Notes under the pieces: model-generated
The model's database searches: none
Told to the model about the DNA's origin: nothing
The model's input: the letters and a program-made list of their open reading frames with translations, nothing else
Shown here: one piece after another, positions 16,187 through 25,015 of the stretch
Numbering within the stretch: position 1 is the stretch's first letter
Layout: each line of letters opens with the position of its first letter
Assembly (NCBI GenBank): GCA_050015075.1
Contig: JBEKCB010000044.1
Span: 1-25,642 of the forward strand
DNA: 25,642 nucleotides
Reading direction: 5' to 3'
Source: Candidatus Brocadiia bacterium
GTDB taxonomy: Bacteria > Planctomycetota > Brocadiia > CAIUPP01
Program-made: the position numbers and the translations under genes

Positions 16187-16644
16187 GCTCGCCTCCTTGC
16201 CGGGTTGATCCGGTCGAAGGGACCGGCCGCGTGGACTTCCTTCGTGATCGAATTGATCAGGTCGGCGAATTTCTGTCCCTCGGCGGCGGAGACCCAACTG
16301 AAATAGAGCCGGCGCCCGTCAATCCCGGCGAAGGCCAGCAGCTTTCCGAAAACCGACCAGCGACGGCGGGCGTGGTAGTTGCCGCTGGTGTAATGGCAGT
16401 CGCCGGGATGGCAGCCGCTGACGAGCACGGCGTCCGCGCCGCCCTGGAAGGCCTTGAGGACGAGGAGCGGGTCTATCCGGCCGGTGCACGGCAGCTTGAT
16501 GATGCGGACGTTCGGCGCGTACTGCAGCCGGCTGGTGCCGGCCAGATCGGCGCCCGCATAGGTGCACCAGTTGCAGACGAATGCGATGATGTGCGGTTCG
16601 AACCCCGTACGGGCGTTTTCGGTTATGGTTTCTGTTTTTTCCAT
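16183..16644 (-). CDS. flxD: MvhD/FlxD family [2Fe-2S] protein
   Basis: FEPHIIAFVCNWCTYAGADLAG, PCTGRID, GCHPGDCHY..GN and WVSAAEG motifs. Confidence 0.93.
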   Translation of the reverse strand: MEKTETITENARTGFEPHIIAFVCNWCTYAGADLAGTSRLQYAPNVRIIKLPCTGRIDPLLVLKAFQGGADAVLVSGCHPGDCHYTSGNYHARRRWSVFGKLLAFAGIDGRRLYFSWVSAAEGQKFADLINSITKEVHAAGPFDRINPARRRA

Positions 16645-16648
16645 GGTC

Positions 16649-18661
16649 TCAGGACGAACCCTCGGTCTTCGCTCCGGCTTCCACCGGCTCCAGCGCCGCG
16701 ATCTGCAGGTAGACCTGCTCGTCGGTGAAGCCGTCGAGATCAATGCTCTTCGAGCGGCAGACCGACACGCAAGTGCCGCAGCCCTGGCAAAGCCCCTCGT
16801 TGACATTGGAGACGGTGCGAAGGACTTTGCCGCTCCGGTCCAGGATGTTAAAGTCCTCGATAGCCTTATAGGGGCAGGCGTTGATGCACGCCCGGCAGTG
16901 CGCGCAGGTGATGCGGTTCACGTGGCTGACGATCGGCTCGCGCTCGAGTTTCGGCTTGGAAAAGAGCCCCAGCACCTTCGCGGCGGCGGCGGAGGCCTGC
17001 GAGACCGACTCCGGGATGTCCTTCGGCGCCTGGCACGCGCCGGCGAGATAGACGCCGGCGACGGCGGTCTCCACGGGGCGGAGCTTCGGGTGCGCCTCGC
17101 TGAAGAACCCGTCGGCGTCGTAAGCCACGCCGAGCATCCGGGCGAGCTTCTGCGCGTCCGCGCGCGGCGTCACCGCGTCGGCGAGCACCACCATGTCCGC
17201 CTCGACGGTGACGGGCATCCCGGCCAGCGTGTCCGTCCCGCGGACCGTGATCTTGCCGTCGGCGCGCCGATAGATTTTGCTCACGCGCCCGCGAATGTAC
17301 TCCGCGCCGTCCTTCTCGATCGCGCGGCGGACGAACTCGTCGTAGCCCTTGCCCGCCGACCGGATATCCATATAGAAGACGACGGCGCGCCCGCCATGCA
17401 CCTTGTGCGCGTAGAGCATCGCGTGCTTCGCCGTATACATGCAGCAGATCTTGGAGCAGTATTTCACGCCGACCTTTTCGTCCCGGCTCCCGCAGCACTG
17501 CACGAAGACGACCGTCTTCGGCTCGGCGCCGTCGCTGGGCCTGCGGATCTCGCCCGCCGTGGGGCCGCTGGCCGAAGCGAGCCGCTCGAACGCAAAACCG
17601 TCAATCACGTCGGCGATCCGCCCGGCGCCGTATTCGCCGTACGCCGAGTGGTCCCACAGCTCGAAGCCGGTGGCCAGGACGATGGCGCCGGCCTTCACCT
17701 TGACGAGTTCGTCGGCATCCTTGAAGTTGATGGCCCCGCGCGGGCAGACCTTGGCGCAGACGCCGCAGCGTCCCTTCGTGAGCATCAGGCAGTGCTGCGC
17801 GTCAATCACCGGCTGGTTGGGCACGGCCTGCGGCGAGGCGCGGTAGATGGCCGTCCGGCGGCTGAGGCCCGCGTCGAACTCGCTGGGGATATTCTTGCTC
17901 GGGCACTTGCTCCAGCATTCGCCGCAGCCGGTGCACTTGGCCGGGTCCACGTAGCGCGCCTTGCGGCGGACGGTGACCTCGAAGTTGCCGACGAATCCGC
18001 CGACGGACTCCACTTCGCTGGAGGTCATGAGGGTAATGTTCGGGTGGTTGGCGGCCTCGACCATGCGCGGCGTGAGGATGCACTGGCTGCAGTCGAGCGT
18101 CGGGAAGGTCTCGCTCAGCCGGGCCATGTGGCCGCCGAGGGACGGGCTCTTCTCGATGAGCACCACCTGTTTTCCGCCGGCGGCGATATCGAGCGCGGCC
18201 TGGATCCCGGCGATGCCGCCGCCGATGACCACGGCGGTGGGCTCGACGGGGACAGTGATCGTCTTGAGGCTGCGGTTGCGCTTGACCTTTTCCACCATGA
18301 CGCGGATCAGGTCAATCGCCTTCGCCGTCGCCGCGGCCCGGTCGCTGTGCACCCAGGCGCAGTGCTCGCGGACGTTGGCCATCTCGAGGAGGTACGGGTT
18401 CATCCCGGCAGCGGCGGCCGCGCGGCGGAACGTGTTCTCGTGCATCCGCGGGCTGCACGCGGCGACCACCGCGCCGGTCAGCTTGTGGTCCGCAATGGCC
18501 TTGCGGATCAACTGCTGGCCCGGGTCGGAGCACATGTACTTGTAGTCCACGCTGTAGACCACGCCCGGGAATTTGGCGGCGGCGGCCGCTGCGGCCGCGA
18601 CGTCCACCGTTCTCGCGATGTTTTCGCCGCAATGACAGATGAATACGCCGACGCGCGCCAT
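16649..18661 (-). CDS. hdrA: Heterodisulfide reductase subunit A (bifurcating flavoprotein)
   Basis: RVGVFICHCG, ACSPRMHE, ANVREHC, GGGIAG, TFPTLDCSQCIL, QCCGSRD, CSKICCMY, HPKLRPVET and C-terminal ferredoxin motifs; ATG 18661 after GGAAGGAG. Confidence 0.96.
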   Translation of the reverse strand: MARVGVFICHCGENIARTVDVAAAAAAAAKFPGVVYSVDYKYMCSDPGQQLIRKAIADHKLTGAVVAACSPRMHENTFRRAAAAAGMNPYLLEMANVREHCAWVHSDRAAATAKAIDLIRVMVEKVKRNRSLKTITVPVEPTAVVIGGGIAGIQAALDIAAGGKQVVLIEKSPSLGGHMARLSETFPTLDCSQCILTPRMVEAANHPNITLMTSSEVESVGGFVGNFEVTVRRKARYVDPAKCTGCGECWSKCPSKNIPSEFDAGLSRRTAIYRASPQAVPNQPVIDAQHCLMLTKGRCGVCAKVCPRGAINFKDADELVKVKAGAIVLATGFELWDHSAYGEYGAGRIADVIDGFAFERLASASGPTAGEIRRPSDGAEPKTVVFVQCCGSRDEKVGVKYCSKICCMYTAKHAMLYAHKVHGGRAVVFYMDIRSAGKGYDEFVRRAIEKDGAEYIRGRVSKIYRRADGKITVRGTDTLAGMPVTVEADMVVLADAVTPRADAQKLARMLGVAYDADGFFSEAHPKLRPVETAVAGVYLAGACQAPKDIPESVSQASAAAAKVLGLFSKPKLEREPIVSHVNRITCAHCRACINACPYKAIEDFNILDRSGKVLRTVSNVNEGLCQGCGTCVSVCRSKSIDLDGFTDEQVYLQIAALEPVEAGAKTEGSS

Positions 18662-18662
18662 C

Positions 18663-19529
18663 TCAGGCACTCCTTCCGGCAACGGACATGGCATCGGTGA
18701 AGTGGCGGTCGAGCCCGATCGCCTTCGGGGCGATCCCCGCGGCCAGGCCCAGCAGTTCGCTCAGGTAGAGGATCGGCATGGAGCCGGTCCGGCGGCCGGC
18801 GGCGCTCATCGCGCGCTGCCGCATGTCCAGATTGCTGTGGCACATCGGGCAGCCGGTCACGATCATCTGCGCGCCGGCCTGCTCGGCGTCGCCCAGGATC
18901 GCCGCCGAAAGCTCCACGACCGCTTCGGGCTTGGCCAGGCTGAACGCGCCGCCGCAGCACTCCGTCGCGAAATTCCATGGAACGACTTCGCATCCGGCGG
19001 CGCGGATCGCCGCCTCCATTCCGGTCGGGTTCTCGGCGTCGTCGCCCTCGACGATGTCCTCGCCCCGGCTGAGCAGGCATCCGTAGTACGCGGCGACCTT
19101 GACCCCTTTGAGCGGCGCGGTGAATTTACCGGCCAGGCCGTCCTTCAGAAGCCGGTTCAGGTATTCCAGGACATTCACCACTGCGACGGAATTCCGGCAC
19201 GGGCGTCCGGTGAGGCCGGCCATTTTCTCGAGCATTTCCGGGTTCCGGCGCAGGCGGACCAGCGTGCCCTTCAGGCGCGAGAAACAGGACGCGCAGGGCG
19301 CCAGGACCTCGGTCAGGCCCTGCGCTTCGGCCAGCGCCAGGACGCGGTACGGAAGCGCCACGGCCAGATCATGGCCGGTGCTGTGCGCGGACGAGGCGCC
19401 GCAGCAATTCCAGTCGGCGACCTCGCACAGCTCGACTTCCGCGAGACGGGAAAGCTCGCGGATGGACAGGTCCAATTCGATCCCGCTGCACGCCAGGGCG
19501 CAGCCGGGATAGTAGCCGATGCTCTTCAT
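18663..19529 (-). CDS. hdrB: Heterodisulfide reductase subunit B
   Basis: Two CCG domains: YYPGC...DWNCCGA...PCASC and YYGC...ECCGG...GCPMCHSNLD. Confidence 0.95.
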   Translation of the reverse strand: MKSIGYYPGCALACSGIELDLSIRELSRLAEVELCEVADWNCCGASSAHSTGHDLAVALPYRVLALAEAQGLTEVLAPCASCFSRLKGTLVRLRRNPEMLEKMAGLTGRPCRNSVAVVNVLEYLNRLLKDGLAGKFTAPLKGVKVAAYYGCLLSRGEDIVEGDDAENPTGMEAAIRAAGCEVVPWNFATECCGGAFSLAKPEAVVELSAAILGDAEQAGAQMIVTGCPMCHSNLDMRQRAMSAAGRRTGSMPILYLSELLGLAAGIAPKAIGLDRHFTDAMSVAGRSA

Positions 19530-20104
19530 GCGCCGCCTCGCTTGCGGCAAGCCGCGAAGATCTTACCGACTTCCTTCCGCCCGGGGCTCTTGTGGGCGGC
19601 GAACTTCAGCTTTCCCCGCGCGAACATCGCCGGCGCGAGCGCCACGTCGCTCATGAAATCGCGGCTGGCCATTTTGTACCGCCGGACGAGGGAGAACTCG
19701 GACATGCGGCCGTCGCTCTCGACGGTTTTCAGAAATGCCCTGTGGAACGCCAGCACCTTTTTCTGCTCCGGCGAGGTCTTGCTCCGGTCGTAGGAGATCT
19801 GGCGAAGGACGTCCATCACCGCGGCCGGGTCGAGATCTTTCGGGCAGCGCTGCGTGCAGGTCAGGCAGCCGGCGCAGCTCCAGAGGGCCGCGCACGCGAG
19901 GAGCTTCTCCTCGGCCGCCGCATTTCCGATCTGGACCAGGCGCATGATCTGGTGAGGCATCAGGTCCATGAACCTGGCCATGGGGCAGCCGGCGGTGCAC
20001 TTGCCGCACTGGTAACAGCGGGCGACGTCCACACCGGTGGCCTCAAGAATGGATCGAGCCAGAGTCGGCGTCTGTGCAACGTTCACGGCGTTCTCTCCCA
20101 ACAT
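19526..20104 (-). CDS. hdrC: Heterodisulfide reductase subunit C
   Basis: CYQCGKCTAGCP and WSCAGCLTCTQRCP motifs; alternative GTG start at 20086. Confidence 0.93.
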   Translation of the reverse strand: MLGENAVNVAQTPTLARSILEATGVDVARCYQCGKCTAGCPMARFMDLMPHQIMRLVQIGNAAAEEKLLACAALWSCAGCLTCTQRCPKDLDPAAVMDVLRQISYDRSKTSPEQKKVLAFHRAFLKTVESDGRMSEFSLVRRYKMASRDFMSDVALAPAMFARGKLKFAAHKSPGRKEVGKIFAACRKRGGA

Positions 20105-20175
20105 ACCGTGCCTCTCGGATTGTGCGGCATCAGCCCGGGTTTCATCTGGACCGCGCGCCCTCTGCGCTTTATATC

Positions 20176-20204
20176 ACTATACCACACCGTGGCACTGATG
20201 TAAA
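20176..20204 (-). promoter_or_regulatory. Promoter of the hdr-flx operon
   Basis: TTTACA-17 nt-TATAGT with extended TG. Confidence 0.65.
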
Positions 20205-20230
20205 GTGCGGTTTGCGCAGAAACAACCGGC

Positions 20231-20260
20231 TTGACTACCCTTTTCGCAGGATGCTACTAT
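20231..20260 (+). promoter_or_regulatory. Promoter of the cytochrome/NrfD operon
   Basis: TTGACT-18 nt-TACTAT with extended TG, 7 nt before ATG 20268. Confidence 0.6.
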
Positions 20261-20267
20261 AGATGGC

Positions 20268-20834
20268 ATGCATACCACAACGTGGTACAAGGTCGCGAGG
20301 CTCTTCGCGCCGGCGGCGGCGCTGGCGGCGTGGAACTTTCTGGCGCCGGCCTTTGCGGCTGAGGAGAACACCCAGCCCCCGGCGCCGCCTTCGGTGGATG
20401 CCAAGCAGCCCGGCGAGTATCCGGTTCCGCCTCCGCCGTTTTCCAAAGGCATCTTCCCGTGCACGGAATGCCACAACAAGGACATGCCCGCCAACAGGAC
20501 CCGGCGCAAGCTGGAGGCGGCGCACGACGACATCCAACTGCACCATGATGAGGAGCACCGATGGTGCCTCGACTGCCACGATGCGGACAACCGCGATGTG
20601 CTGCGAAGCGCCTCCGGCGAGCCGATCAAATTCGCGGAATCCTACAAGCTTTGCGGCCAGTGCCACGGCGACAAGTACCGCGACTGGAAGGTGGGCGTTC
20701 ACGGCAAGAGGTCCGGCGAGTGGAACGGCCGGAAGACCTACCTGCTCTGCGTGAATTGCCATGATCCGCATTCTCCGAAGTACAAGAGCATCGCGCCGAT
20801 GCCCCCGCCGGTCAGACCCGAGAACATAAGGTGA
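20268..20834 (+). CDS. Periplasmic tetraheme cytochrome c
   Basis: Sec signal ending AFA; CTECH, CLDCH, CGQCH and CVNCH. Confidence 0.9.
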   Translation: MHTTTWYKVARLFAPAAALAAWNFLAPAFAAEENTQPPAPPSVDAKQPGEYPVPPPPFSKGIFPCTECHNKDMPANRTRRKLEAAHDDIQLHHDEEHRWCLDCHDADNRDVLRSASGEPIKFAESYKLCGQCHGDKYRDWKVGVHGKRSGEWNGRKTYLLCVNCHDPHSPKYKSIAPMPPPVRPENIR

Positions 20835-20847
20835 AGCCACGCGCCCT

Positions 20848-21795
20848 ATGAAGGACAGCCAGACGCCGATCGTGAAATTGAACGAGAAGCCGGACCCGGC
20901 GCCGCGGGGCCAGTTGACGCGCCGCCAGTTTCTGGCGCTGTCCGCGGCCGGGGCTGTTTCGGTGTTCCTGGCCGGTTGCAGCAAGTCCGCGCGCGAGGCC
21001 TTCTTCCAGGGCCGCTTCAGGGAACTCACCGGCAAAGACATTGACAAAGTGATCGCGCGGCTGGAAAAGGAATACAGCGAAAAGTGCGGCCAGGCGGTCA
21101 CCGTGAGCGCCTCCCGCGCCGCGGAGGGTGTGCTGTTCGGATACGGCCTCGATCTCTCCCGCTGCATCGGCTGCCGCCGGTGCGTCTACGCCTGCGTGGA
21201 GGAGAACAACCTCTCGCGCGACCCGCAGATTCAATGGATCCGCGTCCTACGGATGAACAAGGAGCGCGGCGTGGACGTCATGGAGTCGGACGCCTACTAC
21301 AACCCGGCCAAGGTGCCGGAGCCGGAGGCGTTCTACATGCCGACGGCGTGCCAGCAGTGCCGCCACCCGCCCTGCGTCAAGGCCTGCCCGGCGAAGGCCA
21401 CCTGGCAGGAGCCGGACGGGATCGTGGTGATTGACTACGACTGGTGCATCGGCTGCCGCTGCTGCATGGCGGCCTGCCCGTACGGCGCGCGGCACTTCAA
21501 CTGGGGTCCGCCGAGCGTTCCGAAGGACCATATTAACCCGCACATGCACTACTTCGGCAACCGGCCGCGCCCGCGCGGGGTGGTGGAGAAGTGCACGTTC
21601 TGCATTCAGCGCGTGCGCGAGCCGAACGGCCATTACCCCGCCTGCGTCGAGGCGTGCCCCGTCGGCGCGCGCAAGTTCGGCAACCTTCTCGACGAGCAGA
21701 GCGAGATTCGGTATATCCTGCGCGAGAAGCGGGTGTTCATCTTCAAAGAGGAGCTGAACACGCAACCCAAATTCTATTATTTCTATGCGACCTAG
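20848..21795 (+). CDS. Tat-exported 4x[4Fe-4S] protein (NrfC/DsrO-like)
   Basis: LTRRQFL twin-Arg with LAGC lipobox; CIGCRRCVYAC, CQQC..PPCVKACP, CIGCRCCMAACPY and EKCTFC...PACVEACP. Confidence 0.92.
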   Translation: MKDSQTPIVKLNEKPDPAPRGQLTRRQFLALSAAGAVSVFLAGCSKSAREAFFQGRFRELTGKDIDKVIARLEKEYSEKCGQAVTVSASRAAEGVLFGYGLDLSRCIGCRRCVYACVEENNLSRDPQIQWIRVLRMNKERGVDVMESDAYYNPAKVPEPEAFYMPTACQQCRHPPCVKACPAKATWQEPDGIVVIDYDWCIGCRCCMAACPYGARHFNWGPPSVPKDHINPHMHYFGNRPRPRGVVEKCTFCIQRVREPNGHYPACVEACPVGARKFGNLLDEQSEIRYILREKRVFIFKEELNTQPKFYYFYAT

Positions 21796-21804
21796 GGAGC
21801 CCGC

Positions 21805-23025
21805 GTGACCTTTCTCCGGTTTCTGAGCGGCGCCGCGAAGCTCGTCCTCAAAGGCAACAAGACGTACTACGCCTGGTGCGCGTTCCTGCTGGCGCTGATC
21901 GGCGCGGGGATCGCCGCTTACGTGCATCAGATGCAGACGGGGCTGATCGTCACCCACATGCGCGACAGCGTTTCATGGGCGTACTACATCGGCAATTTCA
22001 CCTTCCTCGTCGGCGTGGCGGCCGCGGCCATCATGCTCGTCATCCCCGCGTACATCTATCACTGGCAGCCGATCAAGGAGCTGGTGATCCTCGGCGAGCT
22101 GCTGGCCATCAGCGCCTGCATCATGTGCCTGCTGTTCGTCACGGTGGACATGGGGCACCCGGAGCGGTTCTGGCACCTCATCCCGTTCATCGGCGCGCTG
22201 AATTTTCCCCGCGCGCTGCTCGCCTGGGACGTGCTGGTGCTCAACCTGTACCTGGCGCTGAACCTGACGATCGTCGGCTACCTGCTCTACAGCGCCTTCG
22301 TGGACCGGCCGCCGAACCAGTCGTTCGTCTGGCCGCTGGTCATCTTCTCCATCCCGTTCGCGGTCAGCATCCACACCGTCACGGCGTTCATCTATAACGG
22401 CATGGTCGCGCGGCCGTACTGGAACGCCTCGATCCTCGCGCCGAAATTCCTGGCCTCGGCGTTCTGCTCCGGGCCGGCGGTGCTGCTGATCCTCCTGCAG
22501 GTGCTCCGGCGCACGACGCGCCTGAAGATCCAGGACGCGGCCATCTGGAAAATCGCGGAGTTGATGGCCTATGCGATGGCGGTCAATCTCTTCCTGACCG
22601 GCGCGGAAATCTACAAGGAGTTCTATTCCGCCAGCGAGCACATGGTCTACACGAAGTACTACTTCGTCGGCATCGGCGACCACCAGGCGATCGTGCCGTT
22701 CGCCTGGATGTCGCTCATCTTCGACTTCGTCGCCTTCCTGCTGTTCCTGATCCCGCAGGCGAGAAAGAACGTCCTGCTGCTCAACGTCGGCTGCGTGCTG
22801 ATCTACGCGGGAGTGTACATCGAAAAGGGGATCGGCCTGCTGATCCCCGGCTTCACGCCGGACACCCTCGGAGAAATCTACGAGTACATCCCGTCGTCCA
22901 CCGAGATCCTCGTCAGCGCCGGAATCTTCTCCGCCGGTTTCCTCATCTATACCATCATGCTGAAAGTCGCGGTCCCGGTGATGCTCGGCGAATTCAAATT
23001 GAGCCAACTGAGCCGGGAACAATGA
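21805..23025 (+). CDS. nrfD: NrfD/PsrC family integral membrane subunit, DsrP-like
   Basis: About 10 TM segments; VSWAYYIGNFTFLVGVAA, DMGHPER, SIPFAVSIHTVTAF and FLASAFCSGPA motifs. The symbol is family-level only. Confidence 0.9.
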   Translation: MTFLRFLSGAAKLVLKGNKTYYAWCAFLLALIGAGIAAYVHQMQTGLIVTHMRDSVSWAYYIGNFTFLVGVAAAAIMLVIPAYIYHWQPIKELVILGELLAISACIMCLLFVTVDMGHPERFWHLIPFIGALNFPRALLAWDVLVLNLYLALNLTIVGYLLYSAFVDRPPNQSFVWPLVIFSIPFAVSIHTVTAFIYNGMVARPYWNASILAPKFLASAFCSGPAVLLILLQVLRRTTRLKIQDAAIWKIAELMAYAMAVNLFLTGAEIYKEFYSASEHMVYTKYYFVGIGDHQAIVPFAWMSLIFDFVAFLLFLIPQARKNVLLLNVGCVLIYAGVYIEKGIGLLIPGFTPDTLGEIYEYIPSSTEILVSAGIFSAGFLIYTIMLKVAVPVMLGEFKLSQLSREQ

Positions 23026-23027
23026 TT

Positions 23028-23116
23028 CACCACGACGACACGACGAGCGCGACGAACGGAATTGAAATGGATCGCCGGTCTTGACCGTACGTCGTGCTCC
23101 TCGTGTCGTCGTGGTG
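23028..23116. repeat. Intergenic inverted repeat (REPIN/MITE-like)
   Basis: 27-bp arms 23028-23054 and 23090-23116 (25/27 complementary) around a 35-nt spacer. Confidence 0.8.
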
Positions 23117-23154
23117 CGAGCCGGCGTTGCGTTGGACATGCGGATGTCATTAGG

Positions 23155-24075
23155 ATGAACGACATGGTCAGACCAAGCGCAGTGGCCTTCTCGGTGATGC
23201 TGATGCTGCGGCTCATGCCCGCCGCCTCGGGAGCGGAGAGCGCGACGGAACTCCCGCGTATCGTCACCAAGTCCGGATGCGTCGCCTGTCATGCGAAGGC
23301 CGGGAGCGGCGGCATCGTCTTCCAGGAATACATCCAGTGGGCCTCCTCGCCGCACGCGGCGAAGAGCATCGCGTGCGAGGCCTGCCACGGCGGCGATGCC
23401 TCCACCGACGACAAAGACAAGGCGCATGCGGCCATGCTGCCGGCATCGGATGCGCAGAGTCCCATCAACCCTAAGAACATCCCGGCCATGTGCGGGCAAT
23501 GCCACGGAACCGAATACCAGCATTACATTGAAAGCAAACATTACCATCAATTGGAAGACAACGGCCGGGGCGCCAACTGCGTGACGTGCCATGGCTCCAA
23601 GGCCGGCACGGTCCTGACCGCCGCCACGGTCGCACGGACGTGCGAGACCTGCCACAACGCGGAACGGCAGATCAACCCCGCCGTCCCGGCCGAGGCTTTT
23701 CGCGCCCTCCTGCGACTTACGGAAGCCCGCGGGGAACTGGACCTGGCCCAGACCGCCGTCCTGACCGCCAAGGAGCAAAAGAGGGATAGCGACATACTGG
23801 AACGCGGGATCAGCCGCTCCAGGAAGAGCCTGAACGAGGCGGTCACCGAATGGCACACCTTCAATCTGCCCCTGATCGAAGCGGCCACCACGGACGCGTA
23901 CGATTTCGCCCTGCAGACCAAGGTCCAGGCCGAGCAGGGCGTCGTGGGGACTGTGCTGCTTCAGGGCAAAGGCATCTTCTGGCAGGCGCTGACCCTGGCG
24001 CTTCTAGCCGCCGCCCTGCTGTCGAACCTGTTGATCCTGCTCAAGGTGAGCCGCCGGCCGCCGCACGGCGGATGA
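23155..24075 (+). CDS. Pentaheme cytochrome c with C-terminal helical region and membrane anchor
   Basis: Signal-like N-terminus (start 23155 or 23164); CVACH, CEACH, CGQCH, CVTCH and CETCH; C-terminal TM (IFWQALTLALLAAALLSNLLILL). Confidence 0.88.
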   Translation: MNDMVRPSAVAFSVMLMLRLMPAASGAESATELPRIVTKSGCVACHAKAGSGGIVFQEYIQWASSPHAAKSIACEACHGGDASTDDKDKAHAAMLPASDAQSPINPKNIPAMCGQCHGTEYQHYIESKHYHQLEDNGRGANCVTCHGSKAGTVLTAATVARTCETCHNAERQINPAVPAEAFRALLRLTEARGELDLAQTAVLTAKEQKRDSDILERGISRSRKSLNEAVTEWHTFNLPLIEAATTDAYDFALQTKVQAEQGVVGTVLLQGKGIFWQALTLALLAAALLSNLLILLKVSRRPPHGG

Positions 24076-24167
24076 CGAAGGACCGCGAAGCCGCAGTCGC
24101 AGGCGGCGACGGGATGTGCCTCGTGAACATGACCGGTTCGTGACGCCGACACCGGGAGGGCTGGAGG

Positions 24168-24548
24168 ATGGAGATGTCCGATACGGCCAAGATCCTCTTG
24201 ATGAGCGGCGGCATCGGCGCCGCGACCTCGGTGGTCGTCGGCTTGCTGCTGTACTTCGTGATCCGCTTCCTGAAGTTCGGAAACGTCTCCGTGGTCCGCA
24301 GCGTCCTCACTTCGCTCGGCTGCTCCGCCGTCATCATCCTGGGGTTCGTGGTCCCCGCCGTGACGTGCAGCTACGTGGCGGGGATCCTCTCGCTCCTCGG
24401 CGTGATCGTCGGGATTGTCCTGACGTTTCCGATCCAGTTCGTGATTTTCCGGCTCTCGGTCCGCGACTCTCTCGTCGTCTGGGTGGCCTACCTCTTCATC
24501 ACGCCCTTCGTGGCCTGCATCACCGCCGTCTTATTGATCGCCGCGTGA
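24168..24548 (+). CDS. Small integral membrane hypothetical protein
   Basis: About 4 hydrophobic segments; GGAGG upstream; host-like codon usage. Confidence 0.75.
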   Translation: MEMSDTAKILLMSGGIGAATSVVVGLLLYFVIRFLKFGNVSVVRSVLTSLGCSAVIILGFVVPAVTCSYVAGILSLLGVIVGIVLTFPIQFVIFRLSVRDSLVVWVAYLFITPFVACITAVLLIAA

Positions 24549-24557
24549 CCGGCGCGG

Positions 24558-24986
24558 TCACTTGGCGTTCTTGGAGCGGTCGCCGGCGGAGGCCACGCGC
24601 TGCAACAGGGCCGACACTTTGTTCACCAGCACGTCGAGGTCCACCGGCTTCTCCACGAAGTCGGTGACCGGCAGCCAGTCCGCGTCAATGTCCCGCGCGG
24701 AGAAGCCGGTCGGGAACTTCGAGTTCACGGCGGTCAGCATGAGAATGGGGATATCGCCGAGTTTCCCGTGGCCTTTCCGCATGTCGCGCGCCAGCTCGAA
24801 GCCGGCGGAACTGTTCTCGGGAAACATGACGTCCAGGATCACCAGGTCGGGCGCCTTCCGGTTCATCCTTTCCAGGGCCCGGGCCGTCTCCCCTTCGATC
24901 GCCACCTCGTGCCGGGCGTCCTTCAGCACCTTGGCGAACGCCTGGGCCAGGTCTTCGTCATCGTCCACAATCAGAATGTACGCCAT
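24558..24986 (-). CDS. Single-domain response regulator (receiver)
   Basis: ILIVDDD, PDLVILDVM, PILMLTA and FVEKP motifs; AGGAGG RBS. Confidence 0.93.
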   Translation of the reverse strand: MAYILIVDDDEDLAQAFAKVLKDARHEVAIEGETARALERMNRKAPDLVILDVMFPENSSAGFELARDMRKGHGKLGDIPILMLTAVNSKFPTGFSARDIDADWLPVTDFVEKPVDLDVLVNKVSALLQRVASAGDRSKNAK

Positions 24987-25015
24987 AGACCACCTCCTTT
25001 TTCCCCTGGAGCGCC

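Noticed and set aside
16183-18661. Selenocysteine recoding in HdrA or FlxD/MvhD
   Set aside because: Both frames are open, with Cys at the relevant motifs (TLDCSQC, GCHPGDCHY); no in-frame TGA.
16562-18700. 712-aa plus-strand ORF (likewise 5261-6511, 6291-7340, 18639-19793 and minus-strand 21973-23856)
   Set aside because: Antisense shadows of well-supported GC-rich genes, with no recognisable motifs.
23155-24075. Calling the pentaheme protein NrfA
   Set aside because: No CxxCK motif, shorter than NrfA, and it has a C-terminal TM anchor.
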